From: an uncultured virus (IMG/VR IMGVR_UViG_3300031772_000018)
Taxonomy: Duplodnaviria > Heunggongvirae > Uroviricota > Caudoviricetes
Virus record (IMG/VR): IMGVR_UViG_3300031772_000018
Reading direction: 5' to 3' (one strand)
DNA: 20,000 nucleotides
Shown: piece by piece, positions 10,101 to 18,400 of the stretch
Numbering within the stretch: the first letter of the stretch is position 1
Layout of the letters: each line of letters begins with the position of its first letter
Program-made: the position numbers and the translations under genes
Notes under the pieces: generated by a model
Seen by the model: only the letters and a program-made list of their open reading frames with translations
Databases searched by the model: none
What the model was told of the DNA's origin: nothing

Positions 10101-10194
10101 TGGGGCAGATCTTATGGGTGTAGCTAAACTTGGGACTCCAATACGAAATCAAGGAGTATTTCCGTTGAATTTTATCATAAGATTCGACATATAA
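7135..10194 (+). CDS. Baseplate/tail structural protein with an inserted FG-GAP-like 7-blade beta-propeller and dockerin/EF-like Ca2+ loops
   Basis: 1019 aa. Seven blades: MGYSVS..IGNP, FGRSVD..VSS, FGWTIS..IGCP, FGKCLK..VGNG, FGTSVS..VGAP, FGFSVD..ASCP, YAYAVS..AGCP. Loops DLNRNGRFDFDD and DINDDGVADYLD. C-terminal YITTIGLYDGADLMGVAKLGTP...IIRFDI. Confidence 0.65.
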   Translation: MWCDNTIAIGGEYVDYGPNWLYDYCNTTVDPISGSLILLELGSLQYVLTDIDNTFVFLESYLQNINNLPLPYFLLPYYNQAVKNTIPTGSTAFLLGLEQGSWDFAYIEEGIKVDKRILFNPNNEPRNVDESYKRVVYNQYKNLYYPDVKDPTKMLGLDNLDILLDNKNRLLYDEIKVVTIPQLYFADRIEENSVEIDETAGISSYKVIDDGFGNLKAKDMFSFVIDDVNKTIPDSNITIKNRNMGYSVSINDRCALIGNPCFELTGVEGNVQVYKFNSQISNRFFYDGILKRRTFSISEAAPLIVKCSDFGRSVDLCKNVAAVSSILARYIYPSGSNVVYTDAGVVELYNLNTGSYATPAYVISSSIIPSTYETGSGTFGWTISLNDEYLAIGCPHTYLSGSLSSGSYTGAVYILSGSITTGYAFHSQLTGSDVPNDVLFGKCLKLDKNYNKLVVGNGDNTLGSGSVYLFELTGSVWEQTYKFNPTKTTENLNFLPVQPYTTILNDADGFGTSVSIYCSSSTDIKVAVGAPFDRTVYEFSGSGCYKNGAVYIYEKERCEIHSASVYAYSGFVFNQTRISGDADAFKQNIFGFSVDMWGDKVIASCPKYFSEYTTDYIYNTFLQPFNFNDMEEINNVGMFYVYQKADDGWNVFGKYKTNKIYSHPYNFYAYAVSLYENNLIAGCPIVVVDNDNTVPTNVYVDELKYLKNLCGDFNIFNLVDYKQTHYIGNVFYKTGKMITSTSGSVFDFIFESPVNIYPEYNISFNSRLKLYQKEIVCTINPGEFNYSTNPTSYTYEPYSDFDLNRNGRFDFDDCDKLLRIINFKFTSNERWWEHFNYTDSNGNFILDESFATIEEVVPYSLFKFYLNNNRPMDSKFGSVSEINTMINAYDSLLDINDDGVADYLDVNLLWKFFTTTLTINNYEAYQNQKSIISSRNSFDLIYAYLLEETGKNKPGKILDRFYSRPMSASVSDTTSSYLVPYITTIGLYDGADLMGVAKLGTPIRNQGVFPLNFIIRFDI

Positions 10195-10196
10195 CC

Positions 10197-10215
10197 TTAT
10201 ATTTATAATTGTATG
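10197..10215 (+). promoter_or_regulatory. Candidate late promoter/start motif TTATATTTATAATTGTATG
   Basis: Near-identical copy of 7119-7137. TATTTAT ends 6 nt before the ATG in both. Confidence 0.55.
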
Positions 10216-10779
10216 ATAAAAGACAACATTCTTTCGACTAATACAATCTCTCTCCGAGAGAGATATGCAGATTCAGCGCATTCAAAGGTTGGTAAAATAA
10301 CACCAAATGAAACGCCAATATTAGGTGTTTATAATAAATCCAAAGAATCTAAATTTGTTAAGATTTCTCCAAATGAAACCCCTATATTGGATACATTTAA
10401 TAAATCAGACCATTCTAAGTTTATAAAGCATACGCCTGATGAAACGCCTATCCTTGGAACTTTTAATAAGTCAGAGCATTCTCATTTTGTAAAGCATACA
10501 CCAGACGAAACGCCTATTCTTGCCACTTTTAATGCATCAGACCATTCTAAGTTTATTAAACATACACCAGATGAGACACCAATTCTTGCTACTTTTAACG
10601 CATCGGAGCATTCTCATTTTGTAAAGCATAAGCCAGATGAAACGCCAATTCTTGCTACTTTTAATAAATCTGGTCATTCGAATTTTGTAAAACATACACC
10701 AAATGAAACGCCTGTATTAGCTTTGTATAATTCATCGGGACATTCTACAGAAATTGACACTACAAAATATTATCCTTAA
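10213..10779 (+). CDS. Hypothetical protein with seven tandem 22-aa repeats
   Basis: 188 aa, repeat consensus HS[K/H]F[I/V]KHTP[D/N]ETPILxTFNxS[D/E/G]. Variation is largely synonymous at third positions, which supports real coding. Confidence 0.8.
   Translation: MIKDNILSTNTISLRERYADSAHSKVGKITPNETPILGVYNKSKESKFVKISPNETPILDTFNKSDHSKFIKHTPDETPILGTFNKSEHSHFVKHTPDETPILATFNASDHSKFIKHTPDETPILATFNASEHSHFVKHKPDETPILATFNKSGHSNFVKHTPNETPVLALYNSSGHSTEIDTTKYYP
10279..10740 (+). repeat. 66-bp coding tandem repeat, 7 copies
   Basis: The [N/D]ETP codon block recurs at 10306, 10372, 10438, 10504, 10570, 10636 and 10702 (period 66). Confidence 0.95.
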
Positions 10780-11174
10780 AATTTTTGGATTCTAATTCTA
10801 CCGCCAACATATTCATTGTAATAACTAGAATCAAATAGTGCATTGGCAAGTATTATTTGTTTCATTTCTTCATAGTTAAGTTCAGATTTGGATTTGCGCC
10901 AATATAAAATTTCAAAGAGGAAATTATCTTTACCAATTTTTTGTATATCTTCTTGTAGTTTCTTACAACTTCCCGTATAGGATTTCCAATCGGAGGCTTT
11001 TGTAGATCGTCGTTTGTTTACACGACCCTTTAGAGGCTTCTTGGAGACTTTAAATTTCAACAATTTTTTGCCCAAATATTTTTTATCGTTAGTGAGATTG
11101 GTTATTTTATAAATAAATCCGATACTATTTTCCGGCGGTTCTTCTTTTACAATCCAATGGCCATAGTCATTCAT
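10776..11174 (-). CDS. GIY-YIG family endonuclease (Seg-like catalytic domain)
   Basis: 132 aa. GFIYKITNLTNDKKYLGKK is the GIY-YIG motif, followed by WKSYTGS, GKDNFLFEIL, a conserved Glu helix (LNYEE) and a terminal YYN. Its stop overlaps the convergent stop of 10213..10779 on a shared TTAA. Confidence 0.85.
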   Translation of the reverse strand: MNDYGHWIVKEEPPENSIGFIYKITNLTNDKKYLGKKLLKFKVSKKPLKGRVNKRRSTKASDWKSYTGSCKKLQEDIQKIGKDNFLFEILYWRKSKSELNYEEMKQIILANALFDSSYYNEYVGGRIRIQKF

Positions 11175-11228
11175 GAAAATATATAGTATTATTTTTATAT
11201 AAAAAAATCAAATGGTCTTTAATATAAA

Positions 11229-11256
11229 TCGACTAAATCAATTATCGTGGTAAACT
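11229..11256 (+). promoter_or_regulatory. Candidate sigma70-type promoter for the primase operon
   Basis: TCGACT (11229-11234), 16-nt spacer ending TGG, then TAAACT (11251-11256), giving an extended -10 (TGnTAAACT). The -10 ends 6 nt before the primase ATG. Confidence 0.4.
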
Positions 11257-11262
11257 TGTTGT

Positions 11263-12216
11263 ATGTTATTGCAGGAAGATATAATATCTGTTTTAAATAA
11301 AGTACTTAAACAAAAAGGACGAATTAGAAGGGGAGAAGACCTTGTATATTTTTGTCCTGCTTGTAACCATTATAAAAGAAAGCTTGAAGTAAATATATTT
11401 ACTGGCAAATATCATTGTTGGGTTTGTGGCTTTTCAGGATTATCATTTAAGACATTGTTTAAGAAATTAAATGCTCCGCCGGAAGCGTATTATATAATTA
11501 AAGAGAGTTATAAACTAAAGCCTAAAGATGAAAATGAAATAGACCATTTATTTGACACAAAAGAAAAAGAACGGAATGTTGTAAATTTTTTACCAAAAGA
11601 ATTTAAACCAATTTATCTTCCACAGAAATCAATAGAATATAAACATGCGATAAATTATTTAAAGAAACGCGGAGTTACAAAATTCGATATGTATAGGTAT
11701 AACATCGGCTATTGTGAAATAGGAAAATTTGCAAATAGAATTATAATACCTTCATATGATTCAAATAACAATTTGAATTTTTATTCCGGAAGAAGTTATT
11801 ATGATAGTTGTAATTTTAAGTATCAAAATTGTGATTTTTCAAAGGATATTGTTGGGTTCGAATCAAATATTAACTGGAAAGAACCGATTACCTTGACGGA
11901 AGGTGCGCTTGATGCAATTGCAATACGATATAATGCTATTCCATTATTCGGAAAGAGTATGTCAGGCAAACTTAAAAAATGTATAATAGATAATGCTGTT
12001 TATAAAATTAATGTAATTTTAGATGATGATGCAATTAAGGATTCTATCAATATTTATGATCAGTTATCTTCTATGGGAGTGAAAAAGATACATATTATAG
12101 TTTTAAAGGATAAAGACCCATCAAAAATGGGATTTGAAAAAATAACAGAAGTAATTGATAACTCTGAAGCACAAACATTGTCGGATATGTTGAAATTAAA
12201 GATAAAGTATTCATAA
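11263..12216 (+). CDS. dnaG: DNA primase (DnaG-type, Zn finger + TOPRIM)
   Basis: 317 aa. Zn-binding CPACNH...YHCWVC, YLKKRG, RIIIP...FYSGR, TOPRIM EGALDA and LDDDA, and KDP. Confidence 0.9.
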   Translation: MLLQEDIISVLNKVLKQKGRIRRGEDLVYFCPACNHYKRKLEVNIFTGKYHCWVCGFSGLSFKTLFKKLNAPPEAYYIIKESYKLKPKDENEIDHLFDTKEKERNVVNFLPKEFKPIYLPQKSIEYKHAINYLKKRGVTKFDMYRYNIGYCEIGKFANRIIIPSYDSNNNLNFYSGRSYYDSCNFKYQNCDFSKDIVGFESNINWKEPITLTEGALDAIAIRYNAIPLFGKSMSGKLKKCIIDNAVYKINVILDDDAIKDSINIYDQLSSMGVKKIHIIVLKDKDPSKMGFEKITEVIDNSEAQTLSDMLKLKIKYS

Positions 12217-12219
12217 GTT

Positions 12220-15200
12220 ATGGTAACATATTTAAAAAATGACATTAAAAATTTTGTAGGGATTTTGCAGGTTGCAGATATTCATCTTAGACTTACAAAA
12301 CGGCACGATGAATATCTACTTGCTTTTGATAAATTGTATTCTGCTATTAAACTTACGCCGCCGGAAACAGTTGTGGCTGTTCTTGGTGATGTGTTTCATT
12401 CCAAATCAGATTTAAGTCCGGAATGTGTAGAGTTTGCAAGTGAATTTCTTAAAGCCATTGCTGATTTGCGTCCGACTATATTGGTGGCGGGAAATCATGA
12501 TGCTACTCTTTCAAACCGAAATAGATTGGACAGTTTAACGCCAATAGTAAATGCTTTAGACCATAAGAATTTATACTATTTAAGAGATACAGGGTTATAC
12601 ACTTTGGGTGACATACTATTCAATAATATGTCTATATTTTCTCCTCCCGAAGATTATATTAAAGCAAAAGATATACCAAAAATATATCGAAATAACACCA
12701 ATTATCTTATTGGATTGTTTCATGGACCGGTTAATAATGCAATAACAGATATTGGCTATGTTGTCAGTAATCGCAGTATAACATTAAATACATTTGATGG
12801 ACATGAAATTGTTCTTTTGGGTGATATTCACAAATATCAACTACTTCAAAGGTATAATTCAAACAATGACAAGCCGGTTGTGGTCTATCCTGGGTCATTT
12901 GTACAGCAAAATCATGGTGAAGATGTTTCTGGCCATGGTTATGTCGTGTGGAATTTAAAAACAAAGGCTTTTAGGCACTTCGAAATACCAAATGAATATG
13001 GATTTTATACCATAGAAGTTAACAAAGGAAAATTGGTAACGGATATTAAAGATATTCCTAAAAAGGCGCGCTTAAGAATTAAATGCTTTGAATCGGTTAT
13101 TATGGAAGTGAAAGCGGTATTGGCGGCTATCAAAGAACACACAGATATTTCTGAGGTTACTTATTTTAGAGTAGATGATGGCAGCTCATTGAAAAATATA
13201 ATCAACACAGCGAATTTAAAATTGAGCGACATAGGCTCAGTTGATTATCAAAATGAGTTAATAAAAGCATTTTTAACCAAAAAGTTTCCTGATAAGAAAA
13301 TAACCGATGAAGAATTTAATAAGGTTTTTGAAATTAATAAACAGCTTAATGCGTTAATTGAAAAAGACAATCTTGTTAGAAACATTCGTTGGCGTCCTAA
13401 GAAATTTGAATTCAATAATATGTTTAGTTATGGTGAAGGAAATGTAATAGATTTCACCAATATGAAAAATACGATTGGATTATTTGCACAAAATACCGCA
13501 GGAAAATCTTCAATACTATCAGCCTTGAGTTTTTGTATTTTTGATAAATGTGACAGAGCATTTAAAGCATCCCATGTATTAAACAGCCAAAAAATGTCAT
13601 TTGATTGTAAGTTTAATTTTGAAATAAATGGTGTGGACTTTTTTATAGAAAGAAAGGGAATAGCTGATAAAAAAGGTATTGTAAAGGTTGATGTAAAGTT
13701 CTGGAAAGAGGAAAATGGTAAAATAACCGAGCTTAATGGTGAGGCCAGACGCAGTACTAATGATATTATAAGGGACTACCTTGGCACATATGACGATTTT
13801 ATCCTAACAGCGCTGTCCATTCAAAATAATAAGGCAGGTTCGTTTGTGGATATGGGTCAAACAGAAAGAAAGGATTTATTATCACAATTCATGGGATTGA
13901 CCATTTTTGACAGTTTATATCAAGAATCTGTTGATAAATTGAAGGAAATCAATGGGGAATTGAAGTCTTACAATCTTTTAGAAACGGATATCTATGAAAC
14001 AATTAGAATTCTATCTGAAAAAATAGAAAAAACTGATGTTTTGTATAAAAAAGAATCTGGATTATATGAATCATTACAAGCCGATAAAACATTGTTAAAT
14101 GATAAAATCATAGAGCAAAATAAAAAATTAATTAAATTGGAGATTGATGTTCCAAAAGATGTGAATGATTTGATTTCAAAGAAAAATGTCGTGGGGGCTA
14201 AAATCTCCAAGTATGATTATGAGATTAAAGAATTAAAATCGGACAATGAATCCTCACAGAATGATTTAAATTCTGTGCTACTAAAGATAAAAACTTCGGT
14301 TGATAGTAATATAGACAAAAGACATGAAGAATTTGAAACTTTAAATGAAGAATTAAATCAGAAAAATAACGAATTAGAAACTCGAAAGATTGTTATCAAG
14401 TCTAAGCTTGATAAAATTAACAAATTGGAAAAACACAAATATGATCCTAATTGTAAATTTTGTGTGGATAATGAATTTGTAAAAGATGCTATTTTGGCAA
14501 GAGATACGATTGGTCAAGATAAAAAAGAAGTTGATGATTTTATAAAGGAATATGATGCGCTTAGCAGTAAAATCAAATCCACCTCTGGAATATTAGACGA
14601 ATACACTACATATGAAAACGATTTGGAACTTAAAAACAGATTGGAAAATTCTGTTAAAGATACATGCAATTCTATATTGAAATTGGAAAACTTAATGTCC
14701 GGAGAATCTAAAAAATTATCTGAGATAGAACAGAATATAATACTTTACCACCAACAAAAAGACGCTATTGAAAATAACAATGCGATTGAAAAAATCATAA
14801 CTTCCATTGATGACGAAATTGATGAATTGGATAAGAAAATTAAGAATAAAAATAAAGAAGTAATTTCTATAAATTCTGAATTGGTTTCCATCAAAAAAGA
14901 CAAAGAACTTCAAGAGAAGAATGTTCAAAAAATAAAAGAATTGGAAGCGAAAAAATCTGCTTATGAGCATTATGTTTTTGCTGTTTCTCGCGATGGTATT
15001 CCATTTGAATTGATTTCTCAAGCAATTCCTGTGATAGAACGGGAAGTCAACGAAATATTAAGTCAAATAGTAGAATTTACCGTAAACATTCAAACCGATG
15101 GTAAAAATGTAATAACTTATATATGTTATCCAGATAAAAAATGGGCATTAGAGTTATCAAGTGGAATGGAAAGATTTATAAGTTCGATTGCGATTAGAAC

Positions 15201-15429
15201 AGCGTTAATCAACATATCAAATTTGCCTAGGCCTAATTTTTTGGTTGTTGACGAAGGATTTTCAGCTTTGGACGCTTCAAATTTGCCAGCATTGTCAACA
15301 TTGTTTTCGGTTCTTAAAACCCAATTTGACTTTTTGATTATAATAAGCCATTTGGATGCAATTCGAGACTTTGTGGACTCAAGAATGGAGATAACTAAGG
15401 AGAATGGATTTTCTAAAATAGTGTATTAA
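12220..15429 (+). CDS. sbcCD: Fused Mre11/SbcD nuclease - Rad50/SbcC ATPase (T4 gp47-gp46-like) recombination protein
   Basis: 1069 aa with no internal stop. N-terminal metallophosphoesterase motifs ADIH, LGDVFH, GNHD, FHG, GDIH and YPGS. From about aa 388 there is an ABC ATPase: Walker A AQNTAGKSS, coiled coil, Zn-hook CKFC (14452-14463), signature LSSGME, Walker B VVDEGF, and ISH. Confidence 0.92.
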   Translation: MVTYLKNDIKNFVGILQVADIHLRLTKRHDEYLLAFDKLYSAIKLTPPETVVAVLGDVFHSKSDLSPECVEFASEFLKAIADLRPTILVAGNHDATLSNRNRLDSLTPIVNALDHKNLYYLRDTGLYTLGDILFNNMSIFSPPEDYIKAKDIPKIYRNNTNYLIGLFHGPVNNAITDIGYVVSNRSITLNTFDGHEIVLLGDIHKYQLLQRYNSNNDKPVVVYPGSFVQQNHGEDVSGHGYVVWNLKTKAFRHFEIPNEYGFYTIEVNKGKLVTDIKDIPKKARLRIKCFESVIMEVKAVLAAIKEHTDISEVTYFRVDDGSSLKNIINTANLKLSDIGSVDYQNELIKAFLTKKFPDKKITDEEFNKVFEINKQLNALIEKDNLVRNIRWRPKKFEFNNMFSYGEGNVIDFTNMKNTIGLFAQNTAGKSSILSALSFCIFDKCDRAFKASHVLNSQKMSFDCKFNFEINGVDFFIERKGIADKKGIVKVDVKFWKEENGKITELNGEARRSTNDIIRDYLGTYDDFILTALSIQNNKAGSFVDMGQTERKDLLSQFMGLTIFDSLYQESVDKLKEINGELKSYNLLETDIYETIRILSEKIEKTDVLYKKESGLYESLQADKTLLNDKIIEQNKKLIKLEIDVPKDVNDLISKKNVVGAKISKYDYEIKELKSDNESSQNDLNSVLLKIKTSVDSNIDKRHEEFETLNEELNQKNNELETRKIVIKSKLDKINKLEKHKYDPNCKFCVDNEFVKDAILARDTIGQDKKEVDDFIKEYDALSSKIKSTSGILDEYTTYENDLELKNRLENSVKDTCNSILKLENLMSGESKKLSEIEQNIILYHQQKDAIENNNAIEKIITSIDDEIDELDKKIKNKNKEVISINSELVSIKKDKELQEKNVQKIKELEAKKSAYEHYVFAVSRDGIPFELISQAIPVIEREVNEILSQIVEFTVNIQTDGKNVITYICYPDKKWALELSSGMERFISSIAIRTALINISNLPRPNFLVVDEGFSALDASNLPALSTLFSVLKTQFDFLIIISHLDAIRDFVDSRMEITKENGFSKIVY

Positions 15430-15451
15430 TAGATATATATATGTATAATAT

Positions 15452-18400
15452 ATGTCTAATGTCCGTACAATCAGTGGTACAAAATATGACCTTTTGCGTT
15501 TAAAGGTAGATATTGAAGATACCAATTATAGATCTGAGTATTTTACCGTATCAGATTTAGCAGATACTTTGACCTCTGGAAAGACATTTTTTACCATAAA
15601 TGGGTCAGATAAGTTAAAGAAAAACTCTAATATTTTGGTAGAAGTTCTGGATTCCAAGGGTACTGTCCTTTTCTATGAATTAACAAAATCCGGATATCAT
15701 CTCTATCGAGACACAACCGATCTTGTTGTTGCGATAACGGTATCTGATAATATTAGTCCGGGTCTTGGAAAGATTGTTTTGGTTGGTACTACAGCCAACG
15801 GCAAATCAGTAAGATGGTCTACGAATATTAAGATTAATCCAGCATTGGATAATTCTTCTCGAATAATATATTTAAAAACTCCTGAACTTTTCACACAAGA
15901 AGTATTATCATATGTTTTAAACGAAGCGCTCTCTACTACTATTCAAAACGATGCGATTTTATCAGGGAATGCTACTGGCAGTTCTTTATTTCCAAAAAAT
16001 TATTCTGATTATGATTCTTTCTATCAAAAAGATACTTCTTTTTCTTATAAATTATACGCATATAGTATAGTATCAACTCTTGGTGTTGATAATGTTTTTG
16101 ATTTGGAAAATATCAACACACCTATAGATTTATATGTAACAAAAATTTCATATTTAAACAATGAAAATAATATTGTAACACTAAATGTAAGTCTTACCCA
16201 GTCATTTTTAATACAAAGTGTAGTCAATAACAATACAGTGGTATTGAATAAACCTTTTATATATTCATTTTCTGGAATTAATCAGATAGTTCCTGTTGTT
16301 GAATCAAAATTTATTAATAATTATGTATCTTCAACATATATTACTACTTCACAATTGATAACTTCTGCTGATCCTGATGGTGCGCCTAATCCTTCTGTAT
16401 TTCAAACTAGTACTACTTCAAGCGCAAGTCTTCGTGAAGGATTTTTAGATGTAACATATAAAGCAATTAAACCATTTACTGGAAAAGCTGCTAGACATAA
16501 AATTTATCGAAGAAGTTTAAATAAATCGTCGGGTTGGACTAATATGGCTGATGAGCCATTGTTTAATACAAATATTTTAATAGATGATGTTACCGTAAAT
16601 AGAGCATACAAAGATTTGGGAATCTATTATAACCAAAATCATATAAGCACATATTACTATTCAAGCTCTGCTCTTATTTCTATGTCATATGATTCATCCG
16701 TAAAACTGAATTCAATGAATGTAGTTTGCGGTGGATTGCCTGATTATAATTTAAGTCAAAGTAATTATATAATATTAAAAAATAATAGTTCATTGCTTAC
16801 ATCAAACACATATAAATCTACATATGTGCCTTATGATTCTTCATCTTTTTTAACTAAAAAAGGTGCGGCGTATGACAGCAATTTTATAAAATTCTATAAA
16901 CAAACAAATTATTTGTTTTCAGCAGATTTGGAATTAGCATCGTTGTCGTCATCGGCCGATGCAAAATTAATATTTTATTTAACCGGTTCATATAATTTGC
17001 CATATGTTGGCACAGAAACAGCTTATGTAGAAGGGCGTGGAATAAAATTAGCAGAATATCCGGTAAAGCGTGGTGTTAATTATGTTAAATTTAACGCTGC
17101 GGATGTTGGTTCATTATTTGCTTTTAATAATGATTTAATAGGTACTGTTTCTATAGTTCCTGTAAATTTAGCATCATTTAAAATATCTAATTGGAACATA
17201 TATACTTATTCAGAATTTGGTTGTTCTCCGGATTTATATATAACTCGCATACCATTTCCAGTAACTATTAAAAATGAACAATTTGAATTAAAATTTGAAT
17301 TGCTTGATATAAATTCAAAACTTGTATATTCTTTTCCCAATAAAATAATAAATTTTGACCCAAATGGCTATACTTTATACAAAAATATAACTTCTAATTA
17401 TTCCGTTTCTTCATTGAGTAGTTCTTATACAACAACTGCAAGTTGGGCATCAAAAACTATAAGTGCATCATATGCTTTGACCAGTTCATATGCACTATCT
17501 TCAAGTTGGGCGCCAAGTTCGACAAATATAAGTTCATCATATGCTTTGACAAGTTCATTTGCTGTATCTGCAAGTTGGGCGCCAAGTTCAACATTTATAA
17601 GCGCATCATATGCTTTGACCAGTTCATATGCGTTAACAGCAACCAGTGCATCTTATGCCCCTGGTGCACCATCAATAAGCGCATCATATGCATTGACCAG
17701 TTCTTATGCGATTACATCCAGTGAATCGGGGACGGGTTATAATGGAAATAGAACTATAAAACGCAGTCCATATACCACTTTAAATGTAGGAGGTACTTCC
17801 TTGAAAGATTTTATTGAAAATTTCTTTTTTCCTTTTGTTCCCGCTACGGTGGCAATTTCAAGTGGTGGTACAACATATTATGAAACTGGTTCGAACCAAA
17901 ATATTTCAGTTGTATCAACAATAACAGCTAATGATGAAATAACATTTGGTTCATCAAGTGTTTATAGGGATTCTGCTGCTTGGAATACGACAGGTTCACC
18001 AAGTCCTTTGATTTTTACATTTACGGATACAACTATATCTTCAAGTCACACTTATCAAACTAGTACTCAAACTAATAATAATGGTTCACCAACAGTAATA
18101 AGTTCAAACACTAAGACGGCAACTTTTATTTATCCATATTTATATGGTATGAGTGTAACAGCCGGATTGTCAGGAGTGGCATTATATACAGGACTTTCTG
18201 GAAAATCAATAACACCACAAGGCAGTAAAACATTTAATTATAGTGGAACGGCGGTATATATGTATTTTGCATACCCAGCATCATATTCAGATTTGGTATC
18301 TATTTTAGACCCAAATAGTTTTCAAGTAATTGGAAGTTTTCAATATTCTGGGTCTGTTCCTGTAACCAGTTCTGGATTGTCAACAGATTGGATGCAAACA

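Noticed and set aside
10279..10740. 66-bp periodic array next to a nuclease, considered as CRISPR or a guide-RNA array
   Set aside because: There are no unique spacers, the whole unit is conserved at protein level with third-position variation, it lies in an intact ORF, and no cas genes are present.
12220..15429. Giant eukaryotic virus origin, or an intein explaining the protein length
   Set aside because: A DnaG-type primase and baseplate/fibre genes indicate a bacteriophage. The length is explained by nuclease, ATPase and coiled coil, and no intein splice motifs were noticed.
2927..17724. Short alternative ORFs in the track (2927-3127, 5462-5650, 5574-5768, 5696-5914, 8234-8518, 8711-8941, 12060-12245, 12764-12964, 13992-14210, 14716-15021, 15703-15894, 16045-16233, 17443-17724)
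   Set aside because: All overlap long, motif-supported genes and have no recognisable features. The Cys-rich 17443-17724 is the shifted-frame shadow of the SASYA repeats.
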